NCBI RefSeq assembly: GCF_031397825.1
Contig: NZ_JANNML010000056.1
Span: 5,225 to 69,224 of the forward strand
DNA length: 64,000 nt
Reading direction: 5' to 3'
Origin: Nocardioides sp.
GTDB lineage: Bacteria > Actinomycetota > Actinomycetes > Propionibacteriales > Nocardioidaceae
In this document: positions 63,490 to 64,000 of the stretch, one piece after another
Numbering within the stretch: position 1 is the stretch's first letter
Layout: each line of letters starts with the position of its first letter
Made by a program: the position numbers and the translations under genes
Notes under the pieces: model-generated
Databases searched by the model: none
What the model saw: only the letters and a program-made list of their open reading frames with translations
What the model was told of the DNA's origin: nothing

Positions 63490-63816
63490 GCGAGAGGCAC
63501 TGCGGCCACCTCCGTGTTCGGGACGGCCAGGGCACCCGCGAACCGCTCACCGATCGCCCGCCGCACCGCGTCGAGCGAGACGATCCAGGTCAGTGCAGCC
63601 AAGGCCCCGGGAGATCGGTGTGGGGCAACGGTCGGTGCAGCCGGTCGCGGGCCAGCTCGGTCGCGGGCAGGGTGACGACCCGGGTCGAGGGACGAGGGAC
63701 GAGACGAGCGGCGGGAACGCCTGCGCGTGCAGGCCCATGTCGAAGCCCGCCACCGAGAGCATCTCGGCGGCCGTGACGACGCCCTGGCCGCCCCTGCCGT
63801 GGATCCTGACGTTGAC
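63490..63816 (-). pseudogene. Decayed 2-oxoacid:ferredoxin oxidoreductase gamma-subunit gene
   Basis: The N-terminal signature [35 protein letters not shown] is in one frame, [21 protein letters not shown] in a second, and [24 protein letters not shown] in a third. About 90 expected residues are missing in between. Confidence 0.55.
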
Positions 63817-64000
63817 GATGCCGCTCAGCGCCGGCAGGGGTGATGGCAGGGAATCGTCACGCGGCTCGGCCGCCGGCGGCCTCGTCGCACGACCCGCCCG
63901 GACGAGAGCTGCCGAGCCCTCCGCAGTCCTCGTCCGCGCGAGCCGCCGCAGCAACCGACGTGGTCCTCTCGACCGACGCTCCCCTGTGCGTGACCTGGTG

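Overview
High-GC (about 70%+) chromosomal segment of an Actinomycetota genome, Nocardioides-like by gene content; this was not checked by any search. The window is densely coding, with about 60 supportable protein genes. No rRNA, tRNA, CRISPR array, IS element or prophage signature was seen. All calls below come from reading the sequence and the ORF track; no database search was run.

Layout:
- 0-7 kb: housekeeping and redox genes. These are a TetR regulator with two operators, an SDR, a Zn-ADH-like enzyme, a lipoprotein, malic enzyme, the Ni-SOD pair sodX/sodN and a hemolysin-III protein.
- 7-16.7 kb: signalling block. It holds a class-II UvrA paralog, two divergent Ser/Thr kinases, rsbW-sigF with a SigF-type promoter, whiB1 with a CRP-like site, and pdtaS.
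- 16.7-21.7 kb: a TPP-enzyme/GNAT/thioesterase operon, a 24-codon bL37-like micro-ORF that is absent from the ORF track, and two Nudix genes separated by a 49-nt tandem repeat.
- 21.7-32 kb: conserved actinobacterial core. It holds rshA-sigH with a perfect GGAAT-N18-GTT promoter, an SRAP peptidase, DoxX, aroA, rsgA, hisN, a CBS protein, FKBP, an S4-domain protein and a DUF445 protein.
- 32-41.9 kb: envelope and miscellaneous genes. These are a TagD-like cytidylyltransferase, a secreted HExxH protease, a PVD-repeat protein, a patatin, a membrane metallophosphoesterase, a GMC oxidoreductase, a zinc-ribbon micro-protein, and ArsR-SulP.
- 42-63.5 kb: a contiguous choline -> glycine betaine -> dimethylglycine -> sarcosine -> glycine catabolic island. 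It contains betB-betA, an OpuA-type ABC importer, dimethylglycine oxidase, soxBDAG, serA, purU and an IclR regulator.

Most interesting observations:
1. A three-component Rieske oxygenase of the choline-monooxygenase/GbcA type sits at the edge of the island with its own IclR regulator. It is the only candidate in the window for the missing betaine demethylation step.
2. An exactly spaced tripartite motif, GTTGC-N7-GCAAC-N14-GCAAC, recurs in all three promoter regions of the island.
3. A 49-nt tandem repeat with nested alternative pairings lies between the two Nudix genes.
4. A 13-14-13 perfect inverted repeat abuts the ArsR start codon.

I see no convincing evidence for a defence system or a mobile island.
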